From an uncultured Verrucomicrobiae bacterium (GTDB lineage Bacteria; Verrucomicrobiota; Verrucomicrobiia; Chthoniobacterales; JAFAMB01), in assembly GCA_963793135.1 (NCBI GenBank), contig CAWBYX010000012.1, forward strand, positions 65,928 through 129,927: a DNA stretch of 64,000 nucleotides, read 5' to 3'. Under the pieces are notes generated by a model. That model was given only the letters and a program-made list of their open reading frames with translations. It had not been told where the DNA came from and made no database searches. A program made the translations under genes and the position numbers. This document shows, one piece after another, positions 1 to 9,054 of the stretch (the first letter of the stretch is position 1; every line of letters begins with the position of its first letter).

Positions 1-36
1 TTCACCACATCGGCTCCAGGGAGAAGAACAAGGAAA

Positions 37-282
37 ATGTCAGTCATGAATGTCGAACTATTAAAACTAGGCTGGCGTATCAGAGCTTCACGAAAGAAGT
101 TAGGTTGGAGCCAGAAAGACTTCTCCAGCCTGTGCGGTATGGATAGAAGTTATTTTGGTGGAGTGGAGCGCGGCGAGCGTAACCTGACTTTTTCGAGTCT
201 CTGCCAGATCTGCGTTGGTCTCAACTGTGACATCGCGGCGGTCACGGACGGAATACCTTTTCCGAAAGAGGTTCCGAAGTAG
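37..282 (+). CDS. XRE (Cro/C1) family helix-turn-helix transcriptional regulator, 81 aa
   Basis: ORF-track protein shows the HTH_3 pattern LGWSQKDFSSLCGMDRSYFGGVERGERNLTFSSLCQICVGL; ATG start. Confidence 0.85.
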   Translation: MSVMNVELLKLGWRIRASRKKLGWSQKDFSSLCGMDRSYFGGVERGERNLTFSSLCQICVGLNCDIAAVTDGIPFPKEVPK

Positions 283-531
283 CGGACATTGTTTTCTACC
301 TGAGCTCGGTGGCTTCGCATTGTTCTAAACGGCAACGTTTCGGAGATCTGTCTCGAGAAGCGCGAAGCGCTTTTTCCAACCCACTGACACTGGAAGCCCC
401 GACGTGCTTCCTCCCTTGAGAGTAACCGTTGCTTTCACCTGGGGTCCAGGTATGGTACTGATAATGCTCATATGTCCGGAACGATAAAGCGAAGATCCGT
501 CTTTCGGGTCGGGTGACAAAGAGGAACAGCC

Positions 532-1497
532 ATGAAGTTCCGCCATCTAGAATACTTTGTTGCCGCTGCCGAGGAACTGAACTTCACTCACGCCGCCGAC
601 CGGCTCAATGTTTCTCAGCCGCCATTCAGCAAGCAAATCCACGATCTGGAAGGCGAACTGGGCATCGAATTGTTCGAGAGACGGCGCAAGGGAGTTGCGC
701 TCACGCCGGCCGGAAAGTCGTTCCTGGTGGATGCCCGACGGATTCTGGAAGATTGCGAAATCTCGATCAGAAAAGCCCAACGAATCAGCCGCGGCGAGAT
801 CGGGGAATTGGCCATTGGTTATATCTCGGCTTTAACTCACGATTTTCTGGGTAAAGCGCTGGAAGTCTGGCGGTTAACTTCACCTGGAATCGTCGTTGAT
901 TGCATCGAGATGGATTCCGTATCGCAAGAGAGGGCACTGCTCGAGGGGCGCATCTCGGTGGGCATTCTGGTGCCCAGCGACCGGCCGGTGTTAGAGTTGT
1001 TGCACGTCCGGTTCCTGATCAAATACCCGATGAGCTTGGCGCTGCCGAAATCCCACCCTTATGCCAACAGGGATGAGATTCCATTATCGCTCTTGAAGGA
1101 GGAACCTTTTATTGGGCTCAATCGGATGTACCCGAATTATGGGGATTGGCTCTTGAAAGTCTGCCGGCGCGTGGGTTTCAAGCCGCGAATCGCCAAGGAA
1201 GCGGACGGCGCTGCTAGCGCACTCGCCTTCGTCGCGGCCGGTTTCGGCGTGGCGGTGGTCAGCGAGCCGCTGCAGAAGATACCCGCCAAGGACGTGATTT
1301 TCCGCAAATTGACTCCCGAGGACAGCGCCTGGGTCTCAGTGGGGGCTGCCTGGAAACCAGACGCAGTTTCGGCTCCAGTCGTTTCTCGATTCGTGGACAT
1401 CCTGGTGCAAATCTGTGCCGCAGGAAATGGGGAACATAGCGTCCCCAGGAGCAAAACAAGACAAGCTGGTTCCGATCTCCCTTTAGCAGAGGTCTGA
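532..1497 (+). CDS. LysR family transcriptional regulator, 321 aa
   Basis: N-terminal LysR HTH (MKFRHLEYFVAAAEELNFTHAADRLNVSQPPFSKQIHDLEGELGIELFERRRKGVALTPAG) and a LysR-typical length. Confidence 0.9.
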   Translation: MKFRHLEYFVAAAEELNFTHAADRLNVSQPPFSKQIHDLEGELGIELFERRRKGVALTPAGKSFLVDARRILEDCEISIRKAQRISRGEIGELAIGYISALTHDFLGKALEVWRLTSPGIVVDCIEMDSVSQERALLEGRISVGILVPSDRPVLELLHVRFLIKYPMSLALPKSHPYANRDEIPLSLLKEEPFIGLNRMYPNYGDWLLKVCRRVGFKPRIAKEADGAASALAFVAAGFGVAVVSEPLQKIPAKDVIFRKLTPEDSAWVSVGAAWKPDAVSAPVVSRFVDILVQICAAGNGEHSVPRSKTRQAGSDLPLAEV

Positions 1498-1649
1498 CTT
1501 CAGGCGGCGCCAAATGCGGCCTCCGGTCGGTTAGTGCAACCAGTTGGCTCCAATGATGGTGGGGCCACCTTGTTGAACACGAACGTAGGAAGTGTGTGGA
1601 ACTCAGGGCCTCACCTTCATTGAGATCATCCGGGTCCGGCAACTTATCT

Positions 1650-1796
1650 TTATTTGCCGAGCCTGGTCCACTTTCCGAGCGTCTTCTGAAGCCGTCCCCA
1701 CAGCACGTCTGCCTTACCTTGTGGATATTTTCCGAAGTGCTCTTTAAGCTTACCCTTTATCTCGTTCCAGGAACCCTTCATCTCGAGCTTGTTCAT
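1650..1796 (-). CDS. CsbD-like small stress protein, 48 aa (below the 60-aa ORF-track cutoff)
   Basis: Hand translation of the minus strand: [48 protein letters not shown]. It fits the remembered CsbD pattern (G.W...KGK.KE..GK.....G....L.GK). ATG 1796..1794, TAA 1652..1650. Confidence 0.6.
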   Translation of the reverse strand: MNKLEMKGSWNEIKGKLKEHFGKYPQGKADVLWGRLQKTLGKWTRLGK

Positions 1797-1915
1797 GGGG
1801 AATTAGACACTTAGAAAATGGCGATTGTTCGATCTGATTGGCCTGAAATCTATATTACCTTCTCGACCCTTGGAGCAGCATTTCAGCCTCACGGGTTGAC
1901 GCAGCTGTTTACTGA

Positions 1916-2059
1916 CTAAACACTGCGACCCGTGACCAACCTGATGACGACCACGATGACAACGATGACTAAAATTAGATGAATCAGGCCTCCACCAATA
2001 TGGAACGAGAGTCCTAAAAGCCAACAAATCAGCAAGATTACCGCGATAGTCCAAAGCAT
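1916..2059 (-). CDS. lmo0937-family small membrane protein, 47 aa (below ORF-track cutoff)
   Basis: Hand translation: MLWTIAVILLICWLLGLSFHIGGGLIHLILVIVVIVVVIRLVTGRSV*. It has two hydrophobic helices and the MLWTI..ILL..WLLG....GG.IHLLLV signature I recall for this family. The 107-aa track ORF 1803..2126 in another frame looks spurious. Confidence 0.6.
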   Translation of the reverse strand: MLWTIAVILLICWLLGLSFHIGGGLIHLILVIVVIVVVIRLVTGRSV

Positions 2060-2161
2060 AGTATCGAGGATACGGGATGAAAGGTGATATGAGCAAGCAT
2101 TTTATTACTTGATGCGCCCTGGACATTTCGGGTAGTAAGAGTAGAGTCGGCTTACCGGAGG

Positions 2162-2344
2162 TTGGCAGTGCCGCATCTCGCTGTCGTCGCGTTTAACCTG
2201 GTTTGGATAGTGCTGATACTAATTTTTATTAGATTCAGATTTAGCGATCGGTTTCCCAAAACCGTCTACCTTGCTCTCGATGCCTTGATCTGCCTCTGTA
2301 TAGCGGCTTTGATCTTTGTCTGTCTAAGGTTTTCGACACTCTAG
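2162..2344 (+). CDS. hypothetical small membrane protein (60 aa, TTG start)
   Basis: Only an open frame with two hydrophobic stretches (LVWIVLILIFI, ALICLCIAALIFVCL); no recognisable family; weak support. Confidence 0.25.
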   Translation: MAVPHLAVVAFNLVWIVLILIFIRFRFSDRFPKTVYLALDALICLCIAALIFVCLRFSTL

Positions 2345-2375
2345 TGCACTGGCTCAGCAGCTCAAATGGGGTCCT

Positions 2376-2765
2376 GTGGTTTGGACATTTATAGAAGGTC
2401 AGGTCAGACAATTTGCCCCAACGGGGCTTGAGGACTTAGCCCAGGTTTCGACTCCTCAAAGAGAACGGTTCGCCCTGAATGGACGAGGGGCACCAGATAT
2501 GATCAAAATGCTTTGGGTTGGAAACACCGCTAGGTGCGACAGAACACAGGCTGGAAGCCTATGCTACATTGGTTTTCCGGACTATTACAGCGCTATCTCA
2601 GAACCATTCTGGAAGTTAATCGCCGCTGCAGCCCGCGCTGGCGAGGCGACGGCGCAAAGGGAGTGGCAGGCCATCGACAAGAGTATGATAAAAGTGGAGG
2701 CGGCGTGCGACCTTGGCAATCGCATCAAACGAGCATTAGTGAGACGACGCGTTAGATCTGAGTAA
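2376..2765 (+). CDS. hypothetical protein (129 aa, GTG start)
   Basis: Longest frame in a lower-GC stretch; no family recognised; start uncertain (internal ATGs at MIKMLW). Confidence 0.3.
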   Translation: MVWTFIEGQVRQFAPTGLEDLAQVSTPQRERFALNGRGAPDMIKMLWVGNTARCDRTQAGSLCYIGFPDYYSAISEPFWKLIAAAARAGEATAQREWQAIDKSMIKVEAACDLGNRIKRALVRRRVRSE

Positions 2766-3153
2766 GAACCTTGCCCACATGAAGACAATTGAAGCCCGAG
2801 TAATAAGGAATATCAAAGAGCAACCCGGCATTGAGGAATGCAATATTTGGAATATTCAGGCCACATTTCTCGATAGCCTTCCACAGGAAGCTATGAGCTT
2901 TACGCACCGATCCCTTGGAAATCGGGGTTGAGCAAATTGCGCCAGGCTAGAACGGACAGCTCGCGGACCGCGGTTACCATTCGAACCCTGTGCAAATCAC
3001 GCTTACAACCCGGCGAAACGATTCATCTGAGTTTGGACTGATTATTTGAGGTGATGCCACAGGCAAGGACGGGGCGGAAAAACCACATATATAGCGGAAT
3101 CTTCACTAGCCGTAGACTGCGCTAAGAGTTGGGTAGTGAGCTTCTCGTCCCGG

Positions 3154-4236
3154 TCAACTGAGCGAACCAGTTTCCGCCTGCTGACCGAGTCGCTTTGCCA
3201 GCAGCACCAGGTCGGCGCCGTCTTCAAGGCCAGTTAGAAAGCGCCGAGGAATGCCTGACAGTCCAACCTGGGCGCCGACCAACGCACCGGTGAGGCAAGC
3301 GCGTGACATGTTTTGTCCGCCTCCGTTGATTGCGTGAAGTACCGCGGACTCGAAATCGTCTGGAAATCTTGCAGCTAAATAATAGGCGGCCGGCAATTGG
3401 TGGTAAATGGCACAAGGCATTCCATACACGAGGGATACTTTCCAGGGCGGTTCGATTCGAATATCAGGATCTTGCGCGGCTTCGGCCATGTAGGACGGCG
3501 TCAGGAGCGCATCAGGTGAGGAGAATTTTCCGCTCCGGGGCGGATCCGGGTCACCGGGGCGAGGCATTGACAGATTGTTGCCGGTAACCGCGTGGAATGG
3601 CAATTGGCCAGTTTTGACCTGGACCATGAGTTTATCCGACAAATCGGCATCGAGCTTTTCCCCAGAAACCAAAAGAGCAACGACGCAGTTGAAAGCTGTC
3701 GTCATGGCGACAATCGCTTCGTCGGATTGCGTCAGCAGGCAATTGCTGGAGACTGTTTCCGCAACTTTTCGGGGATGGAGTGCGTAACGAGCTGCCAAAA
3801 CGATGGCTCTCTCGGCGGCTTCTGTGGTATCGGCATGTCCTCCGGTCTGGTCCCAGCCAAGCTTTTGCTGAACGCGGCGCCGATAAGCTTCCCGGATCGA
3901 TTGGTTGGTGTATCCTCCCGGACCCTGCATCGGAGTTCCATCCAGATGTGGCAGAAGCTCGCGATCGAGACGGTCGGTAAAGTCTGCTTCCTGGTATTCA
4001 CCTTTCTCAAGCACCGAACGTAACAACATCACCAGAATGAGACCAGTTTGAGACAACTGGCCCGCTTTCATTCCGGCATGGTAACGGCCTGGCAACGGGT
4101 CGGTGTACCCAGTGATCCATTGGCCGTAGTCTTTGCGCAGGCTGGTGAGGTCGTAATACCAATGCGGCCCAAGTCCAAGGGCATCTCCAATCAATGCGCC
4201 TATCAGGGCGCCAGCTGCACGATCCGTAACGTTCAT
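3154..4236 (-). CDS. ADP-ribosylglycohydrolase family protein (about 360 aa)
   Basis: MNVTDRAAGALIGALIGDALGLGPHWYYD N-terminus and C-terminal INGGGQNMSRACLTGALVGAQVG are typical of the family. Start moved to the internal ATG (residue 40 of track ORF 3154..4353). Confidence 0.85.
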   Translation of the reverse strand: MNVTDRAAGALIGALIGDALGLGPHWYYDLTSLRKDYGQWITGYTDPLPGRYHAGMKAGQLSQTGLILVMLLRSVLEKGEYQEADFTDRLDRELLPHLDGTPMQGPGGYTNQSIREAYRRRVQQKLGWDQTGGHADTTEAAERAIVLAARYALHPRKVAETVSSNCLLTQSDEAIVAMTTAFNCVVALLVSGEKLDADLSDKLMVQVKTGQLPFHAVTGNNLSMPRPGDPDPPRSGKFSSPDALLTPSYMAEAAQDPDIRIEPPWKVSLVYGMPCAIYHQLPAAYYLAARFPDDFESAVLHAINGGGQNMSRACLTGALVGAQVGLSGIPRRFLTGLEDGADLVLLAKRLGQQAETGSLS

Positions 4237-4399
4237 AGTTTGACTCTTTTCTTTCTCCGCATTTTTGCAAGTCGGTGATACGTTGAGCAGTCGATGAACA
4301 TTGCGGGCTCGGAGCTGGGATTTGCGATTGAGGGGCTCTGGTGAGTTCGGCAAAGGAAATGACGGTCAAAGTGAAACGCGAAACCTGAGGAATAATCGC

Positions 4400-5188
4400 A
4401 TGCCCGAAACACCGGCAAGTTTGCTCGTTTGGTTAGTTCCTATTGTTATCCTAGCCCTGGTTATCTTGCCGCAGATGGTCCGCATCCTCCGCGAGTATGA
4501 GCGCGGTGTTATTTTCCGTCTGGGCAAGTTGCTTGGCATCAAAGGGCCGGGATTGATTTTTCTCGTTCCGATTGTTGATCGGATGGTGAAGATGGATCTG
4601 CGCGTCGTAACCATCGACGTCCCGCGCCAGGAAGTGATGACCCGCGACAACGTGCCGATGACCGTTGACGCCGTGGTCTATTTTCGGGTCATCGATCCAG
4701 CGGCTGCGGTGGTGCGAGTCGAGCAATATCTGAAAGCGACCTGGCTGATTTCGCAGACCACCTTGCGCAGCGTGCTCGGGCAAGCGGAACTAGATGAATT
4801 GTTGTCGCAGCGCGATAAGATCAATCTGAGACTCCAGGAGATCATCGATCGTCAGACCGAACCGTGGGGAATCAAAGTGACGTCGGTGGAGGTCAGAGAC
4901 GTTGTTTTGCCCGACAGCATGAAGCGCGCGATGGCCGGTCAGGCCGAGTCGGAGCGGGAGCGGCGCTCAAAAATCATCAACGCCGAAGGCGAGTTTCAGG
5001 CCGCGGAAAAACTGGTTCAGGCGGCAACGATGATTTCCGCGCAGCCGATCGCTCTGCAACTGCGTTTCCTGCAGACCATGAAGGAAATATCGAGCGAGCA
5101 TAGCACCACGACCTTTCTGCCGGTGCCAATTGATCTTTTTACGCCGTTCATCCAAAGGTCCAAAATCTCCACGCCAAAAGAACCGTAG
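4400..5188 (+). CDS. SPFH/band 7 (stomatin-like, slipin) membrane protein
   Basis: TM helix then [67 protein letters not shown] and an EAEGE-type C-terminal region. Start at the ATG at residue 34 of the track ORF. Confidence 0.9.
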   Translation: MPETPASLLVWLVPIVILALVILPQMVRILREYERGVIFRLGKLLGIKGPGLIFLVPIVDRMVKMDLRVVTIDVPRQEVMTRDNVPMTVDAVVYFRVIDPAAAVVRVEQYLKATWLISQTTLRSVLGQAELDELLSQRDKINLRLQEIIDRQTEPWGIKVTSVEVRDVVLPDSMKRAMAGQAESERERRSKIINAEGEFQAAEKLVQAATMISAQPIALQLRFLQTMKEISSEHSTTTFLPVPIDLFTPFIQRSKISTPKEP

Positions 5189-5194
5189 CTAGCC

Positions 5195-5247
5195 CTAGCC
5201 CGCAAAAATCACGCTAAAGCTGAAGCGACGGGCTCATTGCGGGCTAG
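5195..5247. terminator. 11-bp perfect inverted repeat between convergent genes (possible bidirectional terminator)
   Basis: ctagcccgcaa (5195-5205) is the exact reverse complement of ttgcgggctag (5237-5247), with a 31-nt loop. It lies between the SPFH stop (5186-5188) and the transglutaminase-like stop (5244-5246). No T-run follows. Confidence 0.35.
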
Positions 5248-6081
5248 GCGGGACAATTGGAAATCGGTGCGATTGTATACGGGGGCGGAGTGAGACGCCC
5301 GTCTGCCGGTATCATCGTGAGCTCCATTTTATTCATCACGGCGCCGCCAAAAATGGTGGCAAACGAGGTGTCCGCAGCATCTCTGCCGTGACCGATGCGT
5401 ACAAAGCTCGACTGCGGAGCAAGGCGACGTCGGATCGAATAGAATCCAGCGGCCTCCCAAAAAGGCTTCGATATAGACATGAAAGTCTGGGGGATTTAGG
5501 CCATAGGCATAGGCACTAACGAACCGGGCCGGAATTCCCAGCGACCGGCAAAAGGCGATGGCAAGATGACCGAAATCCCGGCAGACGCCGGTCAGCTCTG
5601 TCACAGTGTCAAACGCTGAGGTTGTTGGAGTCGAAGTTCCGGACAAATACTCAATTCGTTCGTAGATCCAATTGCATATCCTGGTCACTCTGAAGAACCC
5701 AGACTCGTTTTGGTTAAATTCGCGTTTCGCAAGCCGGGCGAGTAAATCTGACTGACAAAAGCGGCTCGGATAAATAAAGAGCAGGGCGTCGGAGGGAATT
5801 TGCTCGAAGAGCGGCACTTGAAGCTGCGCGGGATCTCCCAGCAACTCATGAGTCGCTTCCACTCGAGCTTCGTAAAAGAGCTCGACTGGGCCACTTTGAG
5901 CTGTCGCACGATGGTAGCGCTGATGGCCGATGACCATCTCGTGACAAGACTCTGCCCCAGCCACCTGGAAATGCTCTTTCGTGATGCGTTGAAACGAGTT
6001 TTGGGCAACGGCGACGTTGAAGAGAAAAGAGGCTCTTCCGGAGACTTGATAGCCCAGGTGACATTTGATTTGGAATTCCAT
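5244..6081 (-). pseudogene. transglutaminase-like family protein, interrupted by one frame change near 5427
   Basis: ORF 5329..6081 carries the core (TGVCRDFGHLAIAFCRSLGIPARFVSAYAYG...GGRWILFDPT). The expected continuation RLAPQSSFVRIGHGRDAADTSFATIFGG is in the adjacent frame (ORF 5244..5480). Confidence 0.7.
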
Positions 6082-6260
6082 GTGAACGGCGACTCAAAAA
6101 ATTAGAACGGCCTGGCAAAAAATTGAGCACTTTCTAATAGAGACGCCGCGTGACGGGCGGCTATGGAACCAGGACAACGCCCTGGTGATCCAGAATGCGA
6201 GCTTTCATCCAACCCTGCGTCCCAATCTCCCGCTGGCAAAAGCAGCAAGAAGCGCTCTAA

Positions 6261-6608
6261 TCAGTTTTTGGTCCCGGCGACATCGATGATTTGCCGCGCC
6301 AACGCCCTATCTGCGGACTTCGAAAATGCGACGGTTCCGAATTTGAGCAGTTTGCCTTCTGAGCTCCGAATGAACTGAAAGACGTACTCTGCTATTTCGT
6401 CCAGATGACCGTAGTCTGCGCGTCCGCGCAGTTTGGAGGCATGTTGTTCCCAGGTCATCACTTCAAGTTCATGATTATTTCTGCGATTCGATTTGAGCTG
6501 GTCGCGCCAATAATCAACCTCTTCGGGAGTGGACAGCGATAAGACCCGAACCGCGCCATCCCCGATAAAAGCGGTTCTCTCCTCCCAATAATCAGCGTTC
6601 ATCATCAA
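6261..6608 (-). CDS. hypothetical protein, 115 aa
   Basis: Clean ATG-started frame with protein-like composition; no family recognised. Confidence 0.45.
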   Translation of the reverse strand: MMMNADYWEERTAFIGDGAVRVLSLSTPEEVDYWRDQLKSNRRNNHELEVMTWEQHASKLRGRADYGHLDEIAEYVFQFIRSSEGKLLKFGTVAFSKSADRALARQIIDVAGTKN

Positions 6609-6702
6609 TTGATCGTAATTTTCAAACAGTGGGCTCGCCGCTTGATCTGTCAGAACGGATCAAACGGCTGAACCTGAATCGACTGCTCAGAAGCGACCAG
6701 AA

Positions 6703-7830
6703 TTAGCGAATGACCTTTTCGGTTTCAACATCGAACAAAGAAACCTTTTCCAAGTCCAGCTGGACGGTCACTTCTTCACCCAGATGGAACAAGTGTTCGC
6801 CGTGAATTCGGGCGATCAAGTTCCCGGTGCCGGCTTTCAGGTAAACCAGTGATTCCGAACCCATCGGTTCAGCGATATCAACGGTCAAAGTAATTGGCAC
6901 GCTGGATCCATCCTTCGGTTCGTTGGTGATGTGTTCAGGACGAATGCCAAAGACAATGTCCTTATCGACGTATTTGCTGGCCAAGGGTTCGAGGCGGCCT
7001 TTGAGAGGGAAGGTCAGCGCGTTTTTCTCGCCGGATTCTACAAAGAACAAGCCGCCTTCGCGCCGTTGGACTTTGCCCTTCAGCAGGTTCATGGGTGGAC
7101 CGCCAATGAAGCCGGCGACAAAGAGATTGTCGGGCTGTCGATAGAGAGTCAGCGGATCCGCGACCTGCAGGATAAGGCCATCGCGCATGACACAAATGCG
7201 GTCACCCATGGTCATCGCTTCGACCTGATCGTGAGTCACATAAATCATGGTCGAGCCCAATTCAGCGTGCAGCCGGGAGATTTCCGAGCGCATTTGGACA
7301 CGCATTTTGGCGTCCAGGTTCGAGAGGGGTTCATCGAAAAGAAACACGATGGGGCTGCGCACGATGGCGCGACCGAGTGCAACGCGCTGGCGCTGACCGC
7401 CGGAGAGGGCATGAGGTTTGCGCTCTAACATGTGGTCAAGACCCAAGGCTTTGGAGGTTCGTCCGACGATTTCGCTGATAAAATCTTTCTTCTTCTTTGC
7501 CAACTGCAGGCCGAACGCCATGTTATTGAAAATAGTCATGTGCGGGTAGAGCGCGTAGTTCTGGAATACCATTGCTATTCCGCGATCTTTCGGCTCAAGC
7601 TCATTGACGACCCGACCACCAATCGAGATTGTCCCGCTGGTGATTTTTTCAAGACCGGCAACCATGCGGAGCGTGGTTGATTTGCCGCATCCGGAAGGAC
7701 CCACAAGCACCATGAACTCACCGTTCTCGATGTGTAAGCTGATATTCTTGACGGCTGTAAATGTGGGGCGCCCCCGATCATCTACGTAAGTTTTTACCAA
7801 TTCCTTGATTTCTACTGAACCTTCACTCAT
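6703..7830 (-). CDS. sugar-type ABC transporter ATP-binding protein (MalK/UgpC/MsmX-like), 375 aa
   Basis: Walker [10 protein letters not shown], signature [14 protein letters not shown], Walker [12 protein letters not shown], plus the C-terminal MalK-type regulatory domain. No permease gene is adjacent. Confidence 0.9.
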   Translation of the reverse strand: MSEGSVEIKELVKTYVDDRGRPTFTAVKNISLHIENGEFMVLVGPSGCGKSTTLRMVAGLEKITSGTISIGGRVVNELEPKDRGIAMVFQNYALYPHMTIFNNMAFGLQLAKKKKDFISEIVGRTSKALGLDHMLERKPHALSGGQRQRVALGRAIVRSPIVFLFDEPLSNLDAKMRVQMRSEISRLHAELGSTMIYVTHDQVEAMTMGDRICVMRDGLILQVADPLTLYRQPDNLFVAGFIGGPPMNLLKGKVQRREGGLFFVESGEKNALTFPLKGRLEPLASKYVDKDIVFGIRPEHITNEPKDGSSVPITLTVDIAEPMGSESLVYLKAGTGNLIARIHGEHLFHLGEEVTVQLDLEKVSLFDVETEKVIR

Positions 7831-8040
7831 GGCATTTTCTAATAGGGTTCTAACATTCTATTGCGGCGCGTGAAATAACCCTCTCCCGAGGCCAAGTGAT
7901 CTACCCCTCTAAAGGATACTTCATTGCGGAGGCTGGATCCCGCCACCGACGAAAGCGTCTTTATCGTAGTCTACTCCTCCGCCCGAGCTTCTCTCATACT
8001 CTTTTGGAAGTGTTCTGATTGCTTTACGCTATGGCAGCTG

Positions 8041-8082
8041 GGCGTTCGCGAGTTCAGCGTTCGGCGTTTGGCGTTTGGCGGC
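8041..8082. repeat. tandem heptamer array (YRGCGTT family), 6 units
   Basis: ggcgttc gcgagtt cagcgtt cggcgtt tggcgtt tggcggc read directly, about 100 nt upstream of pdxH. Confidence 0.8.
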
Positions 8083-8182
8083 GCAGCTTTATTGCCGAAC
8101 GGAGACGGTTTGCCATCCGCGTTGACAGCCCGCAAAGGTTGTGGCTCGACAAGGGCTTCAATTCGGAATTAGTTCCGAAACA

Positions 8183-8836
8183 ATGCAAGCGGCTTTGGAT
8201 GCGGGTGAATTGCGGAAAGAATACACGTTGTCGGGACTCTACCGTAAGGATCTTTCTTCCGATCCGTTTGAGCAGTTCAAACTTTGGTTTGCAGAGTCGA
8301 TCCGAACTGCCGGTGACCGCGAGCCAAACGCGATGACTTTAGCGACAGCATCTCGAGCGGGGGTGCCGTCTGCTCGCGTGGTGCTGCTTAAGAGCTTCGA
8401 TGAACGGGGCGTGATGTTTTTCACAAATTACGAAAGCCGCAAAGCGCAGCAGTTGGCAGAAAATCCTCATGCAGCGCTCAACTTCCATTGGCCTTGGCTG
8501 GAACGACAGATCCAAATAGAGGGGGTTGTCCAGAAAGTAGGACGCGAAGAATCCGAAGCTTACTTTAACAAACGGCCGCTCGGCAGTCGGTTAGGGGCGA
8601 TTGTTTCGAAGCAAAGCTCGGTGATCGACAGCCGGGAGAAATTGGAGGAGCGTCTTTTAGAGCTCAAGGCACAGAATCAAGAGACGAATCCGCTGATGCC
8701 GGAATTTTGGGGCGGCTACCTGCTGGTCCCAGAACGTTTCGAATTCTGGCAAGGGCGCGAAAATCGGCTGCACGATCGTTTCCTCTACACGCCAGGCGTG
8801 GACGCGCGTTGGCAGATCGACCGATTGGCGCCGTAG
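8183..8836 (+). CDS. pdxH: pyridoxamine 5'-phosphate oxidase
   Basis: Full-length PdxH pattern incl. NAMTLATASRAGVPSARVVLLKSFDERGVMFFTNYESRKAQQL and C-terminal EFWQGRENRLHDRFLY. ATG at 8183 preferred over GTG at 8141. Confidence 0.9.
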   Translation: MQAALDAGELRKEYTLSGLYRKDLSSDPFEQFKLWFAESIRTAGDREPNAMTLATASRAGVPSARVVLLKSFDERGVMFFTNYESRKAQQLAENPHAALNFHWPWLERQIQIEGVVQKVGREESEAYFNKRPLGSRLGAIVSKQSSVIDSREKLEERLLELKAQNQETNPLMPEFWGGYLLVPERFEFWQGRENRLHDRFLYTPGVDARWQIDRLAP

Positions 8837-8840
8837 GAAG

Positions 8841-8880
8841 ACGTTCGGCGTTCTTGGCGTTCAGCGTTCGGCGTCGGACG
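8841..8880. repeat. heptamer-periodic array (YRGCGTT family), left arm
   Basis: acgtt cggcgtt cttggcgtt cagcgtt cggcgt cggacg, starting 5 nt after the pdxH stop. Confidence 0.75.
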
Positions 8881-8966
8881 CTGATCGTGGTAGGCGCCCG
8901 ATTTTCGCCCTCTACTCTTCTTCATGAGAAGCAACGAGAGGGGACGCGCTGGTGACGCCGTCGGAC

Positions 8967-9046
8967 AACGCTGAACGCTGCCCGCTGAACGCTGAACGCC
9001 GAACGCCAAACGCCGATACGCCCCATCGCCGACACGCCGACACGTT
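8967..9046. repeat. heptamer array in the complementary sense (AACGCYR, then GAYACGCC units), about 11 units, right arm
   Basis: aacgctg aacgctg cccgctg aacgctg aacgccg aacgcca aacgccg atacgcc ccatcgcc gacacgcc gacacg read directly. Confidence 0.85.
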
Positions 9047-9054
9047 CCTTTGCC

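Noticed and set aside
6131-6140. Exact 10-mer TTTCTAATAG, followed by GCGTGA, shared upstream of two minus-strand genes (6131-6153 and 7836-7873)
   Set aside because: A simple 4^-10 estimate predicts on the order of a thousand chance 10-mer matches within 64 kb. The distances to the two start codons also differ (50 versus 6 nt), so there is no evidence for a regulatory motif.
8041-9046. Whether the tandem short repeats could be a CRISPR array
   Set aside because: The units are 7-9 nt and directly abutting, with no unique spacers, and no cas genes are present. This is not CRISPR architecture.
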